A stretch of 64,000 nucleotides of DNA from Sumerlaeia bacterium (GTDB taxonomy: Bacteria > Sumerlaeota > Sumerlaeia > SLMS01 > JAHLLQ01), in contig JAVJSW010000037.1 of assembly GCA_040219255.1 (NCBI GenBank), positions 160,001 to 224,000 of the forward strand, read 5' to 3'. This document shows positions 50,222 to 61,146 of this stretch, one piece after another; the stretch's first letter is position 1; every line of letters begins with the position of its first letter. Below the pieces are notes generated by a model, which searched no databases, was not told the DNA's origin, and saw nothing but the letters and a program-made list of their open reading frames with translations. The position numbers and the translations under genes are program-made.

Positions 50222-52966
50222 ATGAACAAGGTTCTCAACGGGCGATTGATTTTTGTCCTGATCGTCACGGCACTGTCGCTCTGGATGGTGTACCCGACAT
50301 TCAATTACTTCATGTTTGTCCGGGGCATGAGCGAGACGCCGACGGACGCGGAGCTGGAGCAGCAGCGCGAGTTGCTCGATGGCGCCCGCACCATCAACCT
50401 CGGTCTGGACTTGCGCGGCGGCGTCGACTTCCTCATCGCCGTCGATACGGACGCGCTGATGGAGGAGAACCTTCAGAACGCGGCCGATCTGCTTCGCAAC
50501 GATCTGGCTTCGGATGAAGTGGACGCCTCTCTCTCGGTGGACCGGGAAGCCCGCACGATCACCATCGAGTTGGCCGATGCGACCCGCGACCGTAACTTCG
50601 CCATGGGGATTCTGGAGGAGCGCGAAGGCACCTTCAACGTCGTCGAGAATTTCGGCGAAACCGGCCGGGCGGTCGTTCGCCTGGCGGAGGAGCGTTCCCA
50701 ATCGGACCTGAACGACGCGGTGGACGCCTCGCTGGAGACGATCAAGCGGCGCGTGGACGAGTACGGCCTGACCCAGCCGGAAGTGGTGAAGCAAGGCCGC
50801 GACCGCATTCGTGTCAAGATCCCCGGTGAAACCGATCCGGAACGCATTCGCGAAAACCTTCTCAAAGAAGCGCAGCTCGAGTTCCGTCTGCTGCACCCCC
50901 AGCACGATCAACTGATCAGTGAGTTCGTCGATCCCGATGGCACGGTGAGGGATGAGTACCTGACCCAGGTGGAAGTCGAGGGCATCGGCGGCAACACGAT
51001 GAAGACCACGCTGGTGGACTTTGTGCCGGGTGTGCCCCCGGGCTATGAGCTGTTCCTCGGCAAAGACACCCGGACGGACTCGCAGTCGGGTGAAAAGATC
51101 GTGACGGAGAACCTGGGCTATCTGCTCAAGGCCCGGCCCGAACTGACCGGCAAGAACCTTCGTCAAGCCTCCGCCATTACGGACCCCAACGATCTTCAGG
51201 ATCCGATCAAAGTCTCGATCGCCTTCGACGCGGAAGGCGCGGACAAGTTTTTCGAGACGACGCAGGATCATCAGGGCGAGCGCTTCGCCATCGTTCTCGA
51301 CGATTTGGTGTTCAGCGCCCCGCGGATCAACGAGCCGATCCCGAACGGCCGGGCGGAAATCAGTGGCGGCTTCAGCCAGCAGGACGCGCGCGACCTCGCG
51401 CTGGTGCTGAAAGCGGGCGCCCTGCCGGCCCCGCTCAAGGTCATCAACCAGCAGGCGGTCGGCGCCAGCCTGGGCGCGGATTCGGTACGCGATTCGGGCC
51501 GGGCGCTGCTGATCGGCGCGGTGGCCCTTGTATTCTTATTGATCGCGATTTATCGCGTGGCCGGTGTCATGGCCGTTCTCGCCATGCTGCTGAACGTGCT
51601 GCTGATTCTGGCCATTTTGTCGATGGCCGATGCCACGCTGACCCTGTCCGGGATCGGCGGTATCCTGCTGACGATGGGCATGGCGGTGGACGCGAACGTT
51701 CTGATTTACGAGCGTCTGCGCGAGGAACTGGAGGATGGCAAACCGATGCGGGCCGCCATCAACGCGGCCTTCGGCAAAGCCTTCTCGGTGATCCTCGACT
51801 CGAATATCACCACGCTGCTTCCCGCTCTCGTGCTGATCCTCTTCGAAGTCGTCGAAGGCTCGGTGAAGGGATTCTGGACGGCGCTGGCGATCGGTCTGAT
51901 CGTGAACCTTTACACTGGCCTTACGGTGACCCGCGCGCTGGTGGACGGCTATGTCGCCAAGACGAAGAAGTTCAATGTGGGCCGGTGGCGTCCCTTCGCG
52001 AAGGCGAACTACGATTTCATGGGCTGGCGTAAACTCGGCTATCCGATTTCCGGCGCTCTGCTCCTGATTTCGGTGATTTACGTCGGTCTACATGGAAACA
52101 GCATTCTGGGCGTCGATTTCACCGGCGGCGTGGTGGCGACGGTCCGATACACCAGTGAAGAGGTCACTCGCGGTGGCTTGGAGGAAAGCCTCGATCAGGA
52201 ATTCGACGACGTGCGCGTGGTGCGTGTCTTGAACGAGAACCTCTATCAAGTGACGGTGCCGATAACTGACAATCCAGACACGGGCGAACTGTACGCCACG
52301 GAAGAGATTGCTTCGATCATCGGTGCGCAGCTGAGCGACACGTACGGAGACTCGGTTTCCATCGCGTCCACGGAAGAGGTAGAGGCGCTGCTGGGCAGCG
52401 AATTCACCATGACTGCGATTTTCACGATCCTGGTGGCATCGCTGGTGATTCTCGGCTACATCGCGTTCCGCTTCCGCCCGATCTTCGGCCTGGGTGCCGT
52501 GGCGGCCCTGCTGCACGACTTGATCATCACGCTGGGTCTATTCATCGTGTTTTCGGACCTGGGCTTCGCCGGCAGCATCACTTTGGATATCGTCAGCGCG
52601 TTGCTGATCATCCTGGGTTACTCAGTGAACGACACGATCGTGGTCTTCGACCGCATTCGTGAGACCATGGGCGAGACCTATGGCAAGCGTATGGGTGAGA
52701 TCATCAACATCGCGATCAACGCCACGCTCTCGCGCACCGTGTTCACCTCGGGCACGACGTTGCTGACAGTGCTGGCGATGCTGATCTTCGGCGGCGTCGG
52801 GTTGAAGGACTTCTCGCTGGTGCTGCTGATCGGCATCCTGGCTGGTACCTACTCCTCGATCTTCGTGGCTTCGGCCTTGGTGTACACTTACATCACGAAG
52901 AAGGAAAAGAAAGAGGGTCTGGTGAAGGCCCATGGTACGACAAAGACCGTGAAGGTCGGCGCGTAA
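50222..52966 (+). CDS. secDF: Fused protein translocase SecDF
   Basis: LGLDLRGG, GMAVDANVLIYER, GVDFTGG, GYSVNDTIVVFDRIRE. Confidence 0.96.
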   Translation: MNKVLNGRLIFVLIVTALSLWMVYPTFNYFMFVRGMSETPTDAELEQQRELLDGARTINLGLDLRGGVDFLIAVDTDALMEENLQNAADLLRNDLASDEVDASLSVDREARTITIELADATRDRNFAMGILEEREGTFNVVENFGETGRAVVRLAEERSQSDLNDAVDASLETIKRRVDEYGLTQPEVVKQGRDRIRVKIPGETDPERIRENLLKEAQLEFRLLHPQHDQLISEFVDPDGTVRDEYLTQVEVEGIGGNTMKTTLVDFVPGVPPGYELFLGKDTRTDSQSGEKIVTENLGYLLKARPELTGKNLRQASAITDPNDLQDPIKVSIAFDAEGADKFFETTQDHQGERFAIVLDDLVFSAPRINEPIPNGRAEISGGFSQQDARDLALVLKAGALPAPLKVINQQAVGASLGADSVRDSGRALLIGAVALVFLLIAIYRVAGVMAVLAMLLNVLLILAILSMADATLTLSGIGGILLTMGMAVDANVLIYERLREELEDGKPMRAAINAAFGKAFSVILDSNITTLLPALVLILFEVVEGSVKGFWTALAIGLIVNLYTGLTVTRALVDGYVAKTKKFNVGRWRPFAKANYDFMGWRKLGYPISGALLLISVIYVGLHGNSILGVDFTGGVVATVRYTSEEVTRGGLEESLDQEFDDVRVVRVLNENLYQVTVPITDNPDTGELYATEEIASIIGAQLSDTYGDSVSIASTEEVEALLGSEFTMTAIFTILVASLVILGYIAFRFRPIFGLGAVAALLHDLIITLGLFIVFSDLGFAGSITLDIVSALLIILGYSVNDTIVVFDRIRETMGETYGKRMGEIINIAINATLSRTVFTSGTTLLTVLAMLIFGGVGLKDFSLVLLIGILAGTYSSIFVASALVYTYITKKEKKEGLVKAHGTTKTVKVGA

Positions 52967-53081
52967 AGAGCCCGCCGCCTTTCGATTCAGTCCAAATCGC
53001 GCCTTGCCCCCGCTTTGGTGGCGGGCGCTTGTTTTTTCTCGCTTCGCGCGAATGCAGCTTACCGTATAGGAACGGAATATC

Positions 53082-54092
53082 ATGTCTGACATGAAAATGT
53101 ACTACGAGAAGGACGCAGACATGAGCGTCCTGCAGGGCAAGACCATCGCCGTCATCGGCTATGGCAGCCAGGGCCACGCGCAGAGCCAAAACATGCGCGA
53201 CCATGGTCTGAAGGTCATCATCGGCCAGCGCCCCGGCAAGACCTTCGATAAGGCCAAGGCCGACGGTTTCGAGGTCTATTCCGCCGCGGAAGCCGCCGCC
53301 AAGGCCGACATCATCCAGATCACCCTGCCCGACCACACGCAGGGCGACGTGTATAAGGCCGACATCGAACCGAATCTTTCCGCAGGCAAGGCCCTGGTGT
53401 TCAGTCACGGCTTCAACATCCACTTCGACGCCATCAAGCCCCCGGCCAACGTGGACGTGTATATGGTCGCGCCGAAGGGCCCGGGCCACCTGGTCCGCAG
53501 TGTGTACACGGAAGGCGGCGGCGTGCCCTGCCTGATCGCCATTCACCAGGACGCCACCGGCGAGGCCCGCGCCCGCGCGCTGGCCCACGCCTGCGGCGTC
53601 GGCGGTGGCCGCGCCGGCATTATCGAAACGACGTTCAAGGAAGAGACCGAGACGGACCTTTTCGGAGAGCAGACGATCCTGTGCGGCGGCACGAGCGAAA
53701 TGATCAAGGCCGCTTTCGACACCCTCGTCGAGGCTGGCTACGCGCCGGAAATGGCGTACTTCGAGTGCCTTCATGAGCTGAAGCTGATCGTGGACCTGAT
53801 CTACAAGCACGGCATCACGGGCATGCGCTACTCGATCAGCGACACGGCGGAATACGGCGACTACACGCGGGGCCCGCGCCTGGTGACGGCGGAAACGCGC
53901 AAGGAACTGAAGAAGATCCTGAGCGAAATCCAGAGCGGCGAATTCGCCCGCGAATGGCTCGCCGAAAACAAGAACGGCCGCGGCAATTTCGAGCGTATGC
54001 GCAAGGAAAACGCCGAGCACCTCAGCGAAGACGTGGGCAAGAAACTGCGCGGCATGATGGGCTGGCTGAACACCGGCGGTCCGAAACTCTAG
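53082..54092 (+). CDS. ilvC: Ketol-acid reductoisomerase
   Basis: [35 protein letters not shown]. Confidence 0.97.
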   Translation: MSDMKMYYEKDADMSVLQGKTIAVIGYGSQGHAQSQNMRDHGLKVIIGQRPGKTFDKAKADGFEVYSAAEAAAKADIIQITLPDHTQGDVYKADIEPNLSAGKALVFSHGFNIHFDAIKPPANVDVYMVAPKGPGHLVRSVYTEGGGVPCLIAIHQDATGEARARALAHACGVGGGRAGIIETTFKEETETDLFGEQTILCGGTSEMIKAAFDTLVEAGYAPEMAYFECLHELKLIVDLIYKHGITGMRYSISDTAEYGDYTRGPRLVTAETRKELKKILSEIQSGEFAREWLAENKNGRGNFERMRKENAEHLSEDVGKKLRGMMGWLNTGGPKL

Positions 54093-54098
54093 GCCACG

Positions 54099-54623
54099 CT
54101 AGCCGTACAACTTCTCAATCTCGACCCGCACAGCCTCGACCGCATCGAAGGGCGCTTCTCCACCGCGTGAGAAGCGCCCTTCGATTTGGTAAGCCATCGC
54201 TTCCAGCGGGCAGCCGAAGTAGCCACCCTGCATCACGCCGACGCCGTAGGCGTGGAAGAAGGGGGTCAGGCCCATGATTTCGTACTGAACGACATGGATC
54301 AGTTCGTGAAAATGCAGACCCTCATCGCGCTCGCGGTGGGGACGGATGAAGTATGTCTCGCCAAAGGTGATGGCGCTGAACTGGTCCGGAAAGCGGCGGA
54401 TGACGGGCGTGTTGCGGGGAAAAGGCAGGACTGGCAAGTCATCGGTGATGACGGCGTAGGAGCGCTCCAGGAGGTCCTGCGGAAAGTAGCGATCAAGCCT
54501 TGGGAATTCAAAGGAGGCGACACTGCGGGCTTCGGACTTATGCTTGGCGACGCTGCGCGCCGCCCAACCGGCCACGATGGGTACGAGTGGGCGCAGGGCC
54601 CATGGCATGAGAGGTGGATTCAA
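54099..54623 (-). CDS. HExxH zincin-like protein (DUF4157-like)
   Basis: AITFG, HELIHVVQY, PLEAMAY; overlaps the alaS stop. Confidence 0.7.
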   Translation of the reverse strand: MNPPLMPWALRPLVPIVAGWAARSVAKHKSEARSVASFEFPRLDRYFPQDLLERSYAVITDDLPVLPFPRNTPVIRRFPDQFSAITFGETYFIRPHRERDEGLHFHELIHVVQYEIMGLTPFFHAYGVGVMQGGYFGCPLEAMAYQIEGRFSRGGEAPFDAVEAVRVEIEKLYG

Positions 54624-57385
54624 AGCGCCGCGATCAGTTCCGGCGCGTTCTTTTGGACTTCATCGAGTTTCTCCACATCCTTTGCGCCGCCCTGGGCGAA
54701 GTCCGGCTTGCCGCCACCCTTGCCACCGAGAGGTTGGAGGATGGCATTGATGGCTTTCCCGGCGGGGTATTTCCGCTGGGCATCTTTCCCAACGGCGATG
54801 GCGACGCCGATCTTACCATCGGTCTCCGCCAGGATCACCGCGATGCCGTCGGCACCGATTTTCTCTTGCAGGTTCGATGCCAAGGTGCGGATTTCGTTGC
54901 CCGCCATGCCGTCCATGCGAGCCACCGCCACTCGGGCGCCGTCGATGGATTTGGCCTGCTCGGCCACGGATCCCAGGTTCGACGCCGCCCCCTTTTGGCG
55001 CTCTTTGGCCAGGTCTTTCTGCAACTGTTTCACCTGAGCGGAGAGCGTTTCGACGCGCTCGACCAGGCCCGATCCCTTGGCCGCGAGACTCGATTGCAGC
55101 GGCTGGACAATGTCGTACTGATCGGCGATTTCCTGCTGCACGGCGGCTTCGCCGGTTACCGCTTCGATACGGCGCACGCCCGAGGCCACGCTGCCTTCGC
55201 TGACGATGCGGAACCGGCCGGCGCGGGCGGTGCTGGGCAGATGGGTGCCACCACAGAACTCGATGCTGGGATTGGCTTCGCCGTTACCCATGGTGACGAC
55301 GCGGACACTGGGGCCGTACTTCTCGCCGAAGACGGCGATGGCGCCCTTCTTCTTCGCTTCCTCCAGTGGAAGTACCTCGGTGCTGACGCGCAAGTCCTCA
55401 AGGATCAGGCGGTTGACTTCCGCCTGGACCTTGCGCAGGACGTCGGACGGGATGGCTTCCGGCTGGGTGAAATCGAAGCGCAGGTAGTCGGGCCCACAGT
55501 AGGAACCGGCCTGCGTCACATGGTCGCCGACGAACTTCTTCAGCGCCGCCTGCAGCAAGTGGGTCGTCGAGTGATTCCGCGCCACGGACAGGCGCCGCAG
55601 GCGATCGACCTTCGCCATGATGGCATCACCGGCCGAAATCGTGCCGCTTTCCATGCGGCCAAAGTGGGCAAAGACGCCCTCCGATTTCTGCGTGTCGGAC
55701 ACGTCGAAAACGCTGCCCTGGGCCGTTTCGATCACGCCGGTGTCGCCCACCTGGCCGCCGGATTCAGCGTAGAATGGCGTACGGTCCAGGACGATCAAGC
55801 CTTCCTGGCCTTCCGCGAGCGACGGTACCGGCTTGCCGTCGGCGATGAGGGTGATCACTTTGGCCTGCTCGGGCTCGAGGTCGTGGGCGTAGCCGACGAA
55901 TTCCGTGGGGCCCTTCTCGCGGGCGAGTTTCTGCACTGCTTCCATGGAGACGTTCAGTTCGGCGCCGCGCCAGGACTTCTTGCCGCGTTCCTTCTGCTCT
56001 TGCAGGGCGCGCTTGTAGCCCTCGCGGTCCACCGAGATGCCGGCGTCGCCGGCGATTTCCACCGTCAGATCGACGGGGAAGCCGAAGGTGTCGTAGAGTT
56101 CAAAGGCTTCGGCGCCCTCGATGGTCTTGCTGGGGCGCTTGCGCGCTTCGTCCAGAACCTTGTCGAGGAGCTTCATGCCGCGGTTGCGCACGCGCAGGAA
56201 GGCTTCTTCCTCGCGGGTCAGGGTTCGCCGAATGAAGTCGGCCTGGGCTTTCAGCTCGGGGTAAACATCGCCGAAGGTCTCGATCACAGGATCGACCAGC
56301 CCACCCATAAAGGCCGCGTCCTGGCCCAGCAGCGACGCGAAGCGCAGGGCCCGGCGTTGAATGCGCCGCAAAACGTAGCCGCGGCCTTCGTTGCTCGGAA
56401 TCATCTTTTCGGCGTAGCAGAAGCACAGCGCGCGGACGTGGTCGGCGATGGCGTTCACGCCGAGGCGGGTGCGGACGACGTCTTCCGACGGGTTCGGTTC
56501 GTCGATCAGTTTGACGTAGTTTGCGCCGATGGCCTGGCTGGTGGCGGTGACAATGGGCCAGAGCAGGTCTGTCTCGTAGGGTGTCGCCGCCTGGCCGCGG
56601 AGCCACATCATGGCGGTGGTCATGCGTTCGAGGCCGGCGCCCGTGTCGATGCCGCGGTTTTTCAGGATGGGGCGGCTGCCGTCGCGCTGCTGGTCAAACT
56701 GAGGGAAGACCATGTTCCAGATTTCCAGGAACAGATCGCCTTCCTCGTCGATGCGGCGGGCGAGGGTTGCGTAGTAGTCGTCGCTTTTGGCGAGGGCGTC
56801 CTGGATTTCCTTCAGTTCGGCTTCGCTGCCCATGAAGAAGCAGAGTTCCGAGCAGGGACCGCAGGCGCCGGTGTCGCCCGCCGGACCCCAGAAGTTCTGC
56901 TTCGCATCGAGCCGCACCGGCGTATAGCAGCAGTCCGTTTCTTCCTTCCAAAGGCCTTCCGCTTCATCGTCGTCCTCGAAGATGGTCGGGAAGAGGCGTT
57001 CCTTGGGCAGGCCCATGCGATCGGTGACAAAGGTCCAGGCCCAGCGGATGGCTTCGCGCTTGAAATAATCGCCGAAGCTGAAGTTGCCGAGCATTTCGAA
57101 GAACGTGTGGTGGCGGAGCGTCTTGCCGACGTTTTCCAGGTCCGAGCCTTTGCCGCCGGCGCGCAGGCATTTTTGCACGGTCGTGGCGCGGGTGTAGGGC
57201 AGGGGGTCGATCTGGCCGTCGTAGAAGCGCTTGAACTGGACCATGCCTGCGCTGGTGAAGAGCATCGTCGGGTCGTCGGGCGGGATCAGGGGCGACGACG
57301 ACACTATGGTGTGCGGATGGGTGGGGATGCTCTTGAAGTAGTCCAGGTAGGCTTGGCGTAGTTCGTTGCCGGAGGAAAAGCTCAT
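54620..57385 (-). CDS. alaS: Alanine--tRNA ligase
   Basis: FTSAGMVQFK, HHTFFEMLGNFSFGDYFK, DTGAGLER, EFCGGTH, GGKGGG; start MSFSS. Confidence 0.98.
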   Translation of the reverse strand: MSFSSGNELRQAYLDYFKSIPTHPHTIVSSSPLIPPDDPTMLFTSAGMVQFKRFYDGQIDPLPYTRATTVQKCLRAGGKGSDLENVGKTLRHHTFFEMLGNFSFGDYFKREAIRWAWTFVTDRMGLPKERLFPTIFEDDDEAEGLWKEETDCCYTPVRLDAKQNFWGPAGDTGACGPCSELCFFMGSEAELKEIQDALAKSDDYYATLARRIDEEGDLFLEIWNMVFPQFDQQRDGSRPILKNRGIDTGAGLERMTTAMMWLRGQAATPYETDLLWPIVTATSQAIGANYVKLIDEPNPSEDVVRTRLGVNAIADHVRALCFCYAEKMIPSNEGRGYVLRRIQRRALRFASLLGQDAAFMGGLVDPVIETFGDVYPELKAQADFIRRTLTREEEAFLRVRNRGMKLLDKVLDEARKRPSKTIEGAEAFELYDTFGFPVDLTVEIAGDAGISVDREGYKRALQEQKERGKKSWRGAELNVSMEAVQKLAREKGPTEFVGYAHDLEPEQAKVITLIADGKPVPSLAEGQEGLIVLDRTPFYAESGGQVGDTGVIETAQGSVFDVSDTQKSEGVFAHFGRMESGTISAGDAIMAKVDRLRRLSVARNHSTTHLLQAALKKFVGDHVTQAGSYCGPDYLRFDFTQPEAIPSDVLRKVQAEVNRLILEDLRVSTEVLPLEEAKKKGAIAVFGEKYGPSVRVVTMGNGEANPSIEFCGGTHLPSTARAGRFRIVSEGSVASGVRRIEAVTGEAAVQQEIADQYDIVQPLQSSLAAKGSGLVERVETLSAQVKQLQKDLAKERQKGAASNLGSVAEQAKSIDGARVAVARMDGMAGNEIRTLASNLQEKIGADGIAVILAETDGKIGVAIAVGKDAQRKYPAGKAINAILQPLGGKGGGKPDFAQGGAKDVEKLDEVQKNAPELIAAL

Positions 57386-57655
57386 GGCGCGCGTCTCAGA
57401 CGTTTCGGGTTGGAAATCGAGGCCGGGAGCGTTCCCGGCGGGGGAGGGGTTTGTCGCCTTGGCGGGGGCGGCATCGCAAGAGCAAAGGAGGCGGGGGGCA
57501 ATCGGATGGCGGCTATCCACTTAACTGACACACATCGGACCGGTCCAAAAAATTTTACGACTTGCCGTTTTGCTCGTCTTTTCAGAATTAGACCGGTAAA
57601 AGCTGGACGCTCACGATCAGCCTGATCCCAAAGACTCCCGAAAGGTTTTCCAATC

Positions 57656-58975
57656 ATGTCTTTTCCCAACAAAGACTTCCTGACGCGGCGCGTGGCGCCG
57701 TTGGCGTTGCTGATGACGCCGCTGCTGGCGATGCCGGCTTTTGCCCAGGACGAGGTCCCAACGCTCGACACCGGTGACACGGCCTGGATGCTGATTTCCT
57801 GCGCCCTGGTGCTACTGATGGTGCCCGGCCTGGCGCTGTTCTACGGCGGCATGGTGCGCCGCAAGAACGTGCTGAGCAGCATGATGCACAGCTTTGTGTC
57901 GCTCGGCGTCTCCACGATCCACTGGGTCGTCGTCGGGTACTCACTGGCCTTCGGGTCGAGCATCGGCGGTCTGTTCGGCAATCCGATGGACAAGTTCCTC
58001 CTGATCGGTATCACGCCGGACACGCTGGCGGGCAGCTATCCCGAACTCGTTTTCGTCATGTTCCAGGGCATGTTCGCCATCATCACCCCAGCGCTGATCA
58101 GCGGTGCCCTGGCGGAACGCGTGAAGCTGCGCAGCTACATCGTGTTCATTCTGCTGTGGAACACGTTTGTGTATTGCCCGCTGGCCCACTGGGTCTGGGG
58201 TGGCGGTTGGCTCACGGGCGACGCGCTGGATTTCGCCGGTGGCACGGTCGTTCACCTGTCGTCGGGTATCTCGGCATTGATGCTGGCGTTGCTGCTGGGC
58301 AAGCGCCTGACCTATCCCTCGCGCGAGTTCATCCCGCATAACCTGACGATGACGCTGCTGGGCGCGGGTCTGCTGTGGTTTGGCTGGTTCGGCTTCAACG
58401 CGGGCAGCGCGTTGGCGGCCAGCTCGAGCGCCGGTCTGGCCTTGGCGACGACCCATGTGGCGGCGGCGGCGGGCATTATCGGCTGGCTTTTTGCCGAGCG
58501 TCTCCACGCAGGCCACGCGTCCGCCCTAGGCGCGGCCTCCGGCCTGGTTGCGGGCTTGGTGGGAGTGACCCCGGCGGCGGGCTTTGTCGAGCCCTGGGCC
58601 GCCATGATTATCGGCGTCACCACCGGCGCGTTCTGCTACGGCGGCGTGCTGCTCAAGGGCAAGCTGGGCTACGACGACTCGCTGGATGCCTTCGGTGTCC
58701 ACGGCATCGGCGGCGCCTGGGGCGCCATCGCCACAGGCATTTTCGCCACCGTCGGCGCCAGCAGCCTGATCCACACGCAAGAAGGCGGCATCAGCGGCGT
58801 GGCCCAATTCACGCACCAGATCGTTGGCGTGGCGGCGGCGGGTGCCTTCGCGGCGGTCGTCACGGTGATCCTCTACTTCGCCATCAAAGCCGTGATGGGC
58901 TTCCGGGTGGACGAAAACGCCGAAATGGCCGGCCTGGACCAAAGCGAACACGGCGAAGTGGGTTATACGCTGTAA
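57656..58975 (+). CDS. amtB: Ammonium transporter
   Basis: PGLALFYGG, DFAGGTVVH, WFGWFGFNAGS, DDSLDAFGVHG. Confidence 0.96.
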   Translation: MSFPNKDFLTRRVAPLALLMTPLLAMPAFAQDEVPTLDTGDTAWMLISCALVLLMVPGLALFYGGMVRRKNVLSSMMHSFVSLGVSTIHWVVVGYSLAFGSSIGGLFGNPMDKFLLIGITPDTLAGSYPELVFVMFQGMFAIITPALISGALAERVKLRSYIVFILLWNTFVYCPLAHWVWGGGWLTGDALDFAGGTVVHLSSGISALMLALLLGKRLTYPSREFIPHNLTMTLLGAGLLWFGWFGFNAGSALAASSSAGLALATTHVAAAAGIIGWLFAERLHAGHASALGAASGLVAGLVGVTPAAGFVEPWAAMIIGVTTGAFCYGGVLLKGKLGYDDSLDAFGVHGIGGAWGAIATGIFATVGASSLIHTQEGGISGVAQFTHQIVGVAAAGAFAAVVTVILYFAIKAVMGFRVDENAEMAGLDQSEHGEVGYTL

Positions 58976-59005
58976 AGCCTGCGGAACCAGGATTCCACAA
59001 GAACG

Positions 59006-59045
59006 AAAGGCCGCGCGGAGCAGATGTTCCGCGCGGCCTTTTTTC
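59006..59045 (+). terminator. Intrinsic terminator of amtB
   Basis: AAAGGCCGCGCGGAGC-agat-GTTCCGCGCGGCCTTTTTT. Confidence 0.88.
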
Positions 59046-59048
59046 TGT

Positions 59049-59193
59049 GTAGCACGGCGCGTCCCGCCCGTGCCCCGCGGCGATTTGTGATGAGATGTGG
59101 CTGGATGTCTTCGGCCTTTGAGAGCCGCGCTCCAATAGTGGAAAACCGGCGCGGGAGGAGGCTGGCCAGTCACGGGCGGGACGCCCGTGGTAC
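59049..59193. repeat. REP doublet (REPIN-like, GTAG-type)
   Basis: GTAGCACGGCGCGTCCCGCCCGTG (59049-59072) inverted with CACGGGCGGGACGCCCGTGGTAC (59171-59193). Confidence 0.75.
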
Positions 59194-59197
59194 CTTC

Positions 59198-60448
59198 TTA
59201 CTGGAAGCTCTTCACCACTTCCTTCGCGAAGCCCGAGCAGGACACCAGGGTGGCGCCTTCCATTTGGCGTTCGAGGTCATAGGTGACGTGCTTGTTGCCG
59301 ATGGCGGATTCGATGCCGCTGATGACCAGGTTCGCGGCGTCGTCCCAGCCCAGGTGCTCGAGCATCATGACGGCGCTCAGCGTCAGCGAGCAGGGGTTGA
59401 CCATGTCCTTGCCGGCGTATTTCGGCGCGGTGCCGTGGGTGGCTTCGAATACGGCGTAGGGCGCGCCGATGTTGGCGCCGGGGGCGAGGCCGAGGCCGCC
59501 GACCTGGGCCGCGCAGGCGTCGCTGAGGTAGTCGCCGTTCAGGTTCATGGTCGCGATGACGCTGTATTCCGACGGGCGAAGGAGAAGCTGTTGGAACATG
59601 GCGTCGCAGATGCGGTCGTTGACGACGATTTTGCCTTCCGGAGCCTTGCCGCCGTGGTCGTTCCAGACTTCGTCCTCGGTGACGATGGAGTCGCGGAACT
59701 CTTCCTTGGCGACTTCGTAGCCCCATTCCTTGAAGGCGCCTTCCGTGAACTTCATGATGTTGCCCTTATGGACCAGGGTCACCATCGGCTTTTTCTTGTC
59801 GATGGCGTACTGGATCGCCATGCGGACCAGGCGCTTGCTGCCTTGGATGGAGATCGGTTTGATGCCGATGCCGCTGTCGTGGTTCACTTCCTTGCCGAAC
59901 TCGTCCTTGAGGAAAGCGATCATTTTCTTGGCGTCATCGGTGCCTTCCTTGAACTCAATGCCTTTGTAGATGTCTTCCGTGTTTTCGCGGAAGATGACGA
60001 CGTCGAGGTCCTGGGGCGCCTTGACGGGGGCGGGGACGCCCTGGAACCAGCGCACCGGCCGCACGCAGGCGTAGAGGTCGAGGATCTGGCGCAGGGCGAC
60101 GTTCAGGCTGCGGATGCCGCCGCCGACGGGGGTGGTCAGGGGGCCCTTGATGGCGACAATGTAGTCCTTGATGGCCTTCAGCGTGTCTTGCGGCAGGTAT
60201 TCGCCGTACTTCTCGAGGGCCGAATCGCCCGCGTAGATGTCGAACCAGACGATCTTTTTCTTGCCGCCAAAGGCTTTCTCGACCGCGCCGTCGATCATGA
60301 TCTGGGTGGCGTTCGTGATGTCCGGACCAATGCCGTCGCCAACGATGCGGGGGATGATCGGATGATCGGGAACGTTCAGGCTGCCATCGCTGTTGACGGT
60401 GATGGCGGTGCCTTCCGTGGGCGGAGTGAGTTTGTCGTATTGTGCCAT
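59198..60448 (-). CDS. icd: NADP-dependent isocitrate dehydrogenase
   Basis: [53 protein letters not shown]; start MAQYD. Confidence 0.97.
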   Translation of the reverse strand: MAQYDKLTPPTEGTAITVNSDGSLNVPDHPIIPRIVGDGIGPDITNATQIMIDGAVEKAFGGKKKIVWFDIYAGDSALEKYGEYLPQDTLKAIKDYIVAIKGPLTTPVGGGIRSLNVALRQILDLYACVRPVRWFQGVPAPVKAPQDLDVVIFRENTEDIYKGIEFKEGTDDAKKMIAFLKDEFGKEVNHDSGIGIKPISIQGSKRLVRMAIQYAIDKKKPMVTLVHKGNIMKFTEGAFKEWGYEVAKEEFRDSIVTEDEVWNDHGGKAPEGKIVVNDRICDAMFQQLLLRPSEYSVIATMNLNGDYLSDACAAQVGGLGLAPGANIGAPYAVFEATHGTAPKYAGKDMVNPCSLTLSAVMMLEHLGWDDAANLVISGIESAIGNKHVTYDLERQMEGATLVSCSGFAKEVVKSFQ

Positions 60449-60569
60449 GGTGAGAGCCTCGTGTATAGGAAAGCGCGGTTTGAAGGCGCGAAGGATTTCG
60501 ATCGTCCTTAAGGGCAGGTAAGCTCGGCAGTCTGGCCCCCACGGGTCAAGGCGGAAGGAAGACGCAGCC

Positions 60570-61034
60570 ATGGCGCGAACGTTCAAGAGGCGGATGATTA
60601 AGGCGGTGAAGGTAATCCTGGGCCTGCTGATCCTGGCTGTGGTGGAGCTTGGAATCCTGTGGGGCATCATCGACCCCAGGGAAATCCGCGACGCGGCGCA
60701 CAACAAAGTGGCGGGAGCCACGGGCAGCGTGAAGTCGGCCCTGGCGGTGGATTCGAGCGTCAGTCCCGCGGCGGCCCAGCGGGCGGCGCTGTGCCGCGAG
60801 AACCTGAAACGGATCGAATCGGCCAAGCGCGCCATCCACAGCCGCGGCGGCTTCGCCACGGGGGCCGTTTCCTGGACCGAGGTGGAGGCGCATTTCGGCG
60901 GAGCATTGCAGGTGCCGCGCTGTCCCGGCGGGGGAGAGTATTACCTCGGCACCATGGAGCAAATGGCCCGGTGCTCCATCGGCGGCAACGGCACGCCAGA
61001 TCGTGGGGACGATCACCTGGTGATTGGTTTCTAA
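60570..61034 (+). CDS. Membrane-anchored pilin/pseudopilin-like small protein
   Basis: N-terminal TM; [12 protein letters not shown] ... CPGGGEY ... CSIGG..DH resembles pilin globular heads. Confidence 0.55.
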   Translation: MARTFKRRMIKAVKVILGLLILAVVELGILWGIIDPREIRDAAHNKVAGATGSVKSALAVDSSVSPAAAQRAALCRENLKRIESAKRAIHSRGGFATGAVSWTEVEAHFGGALQVPRCPGGGEYYLGTMEQMARCSIGGNGTPDRGDDHLVIGF

Positions 61035-61146
61035 GAGCAAAGAATTGAAAATAATGAAGTTATGACGTATGGCATGAGCCTTGTGACTTTGTCTCCAGAC
61101 GATTGAACGCACCGCCCTCCTTAACCCAGGGCGGGGGAGACATGAC

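Noticed and set aside
52967-53081. Leader-peptide attenuator before ilvC
   Set aside because: Large-loop hairpin with T-tract fits a secDF terminator; no Ile/Leu/Val-rich leader ORF
57386-57655. T-box or riboswitch upstream of alaS or amtB
   Set aside because: No T-box consensus or recognisable aptamer
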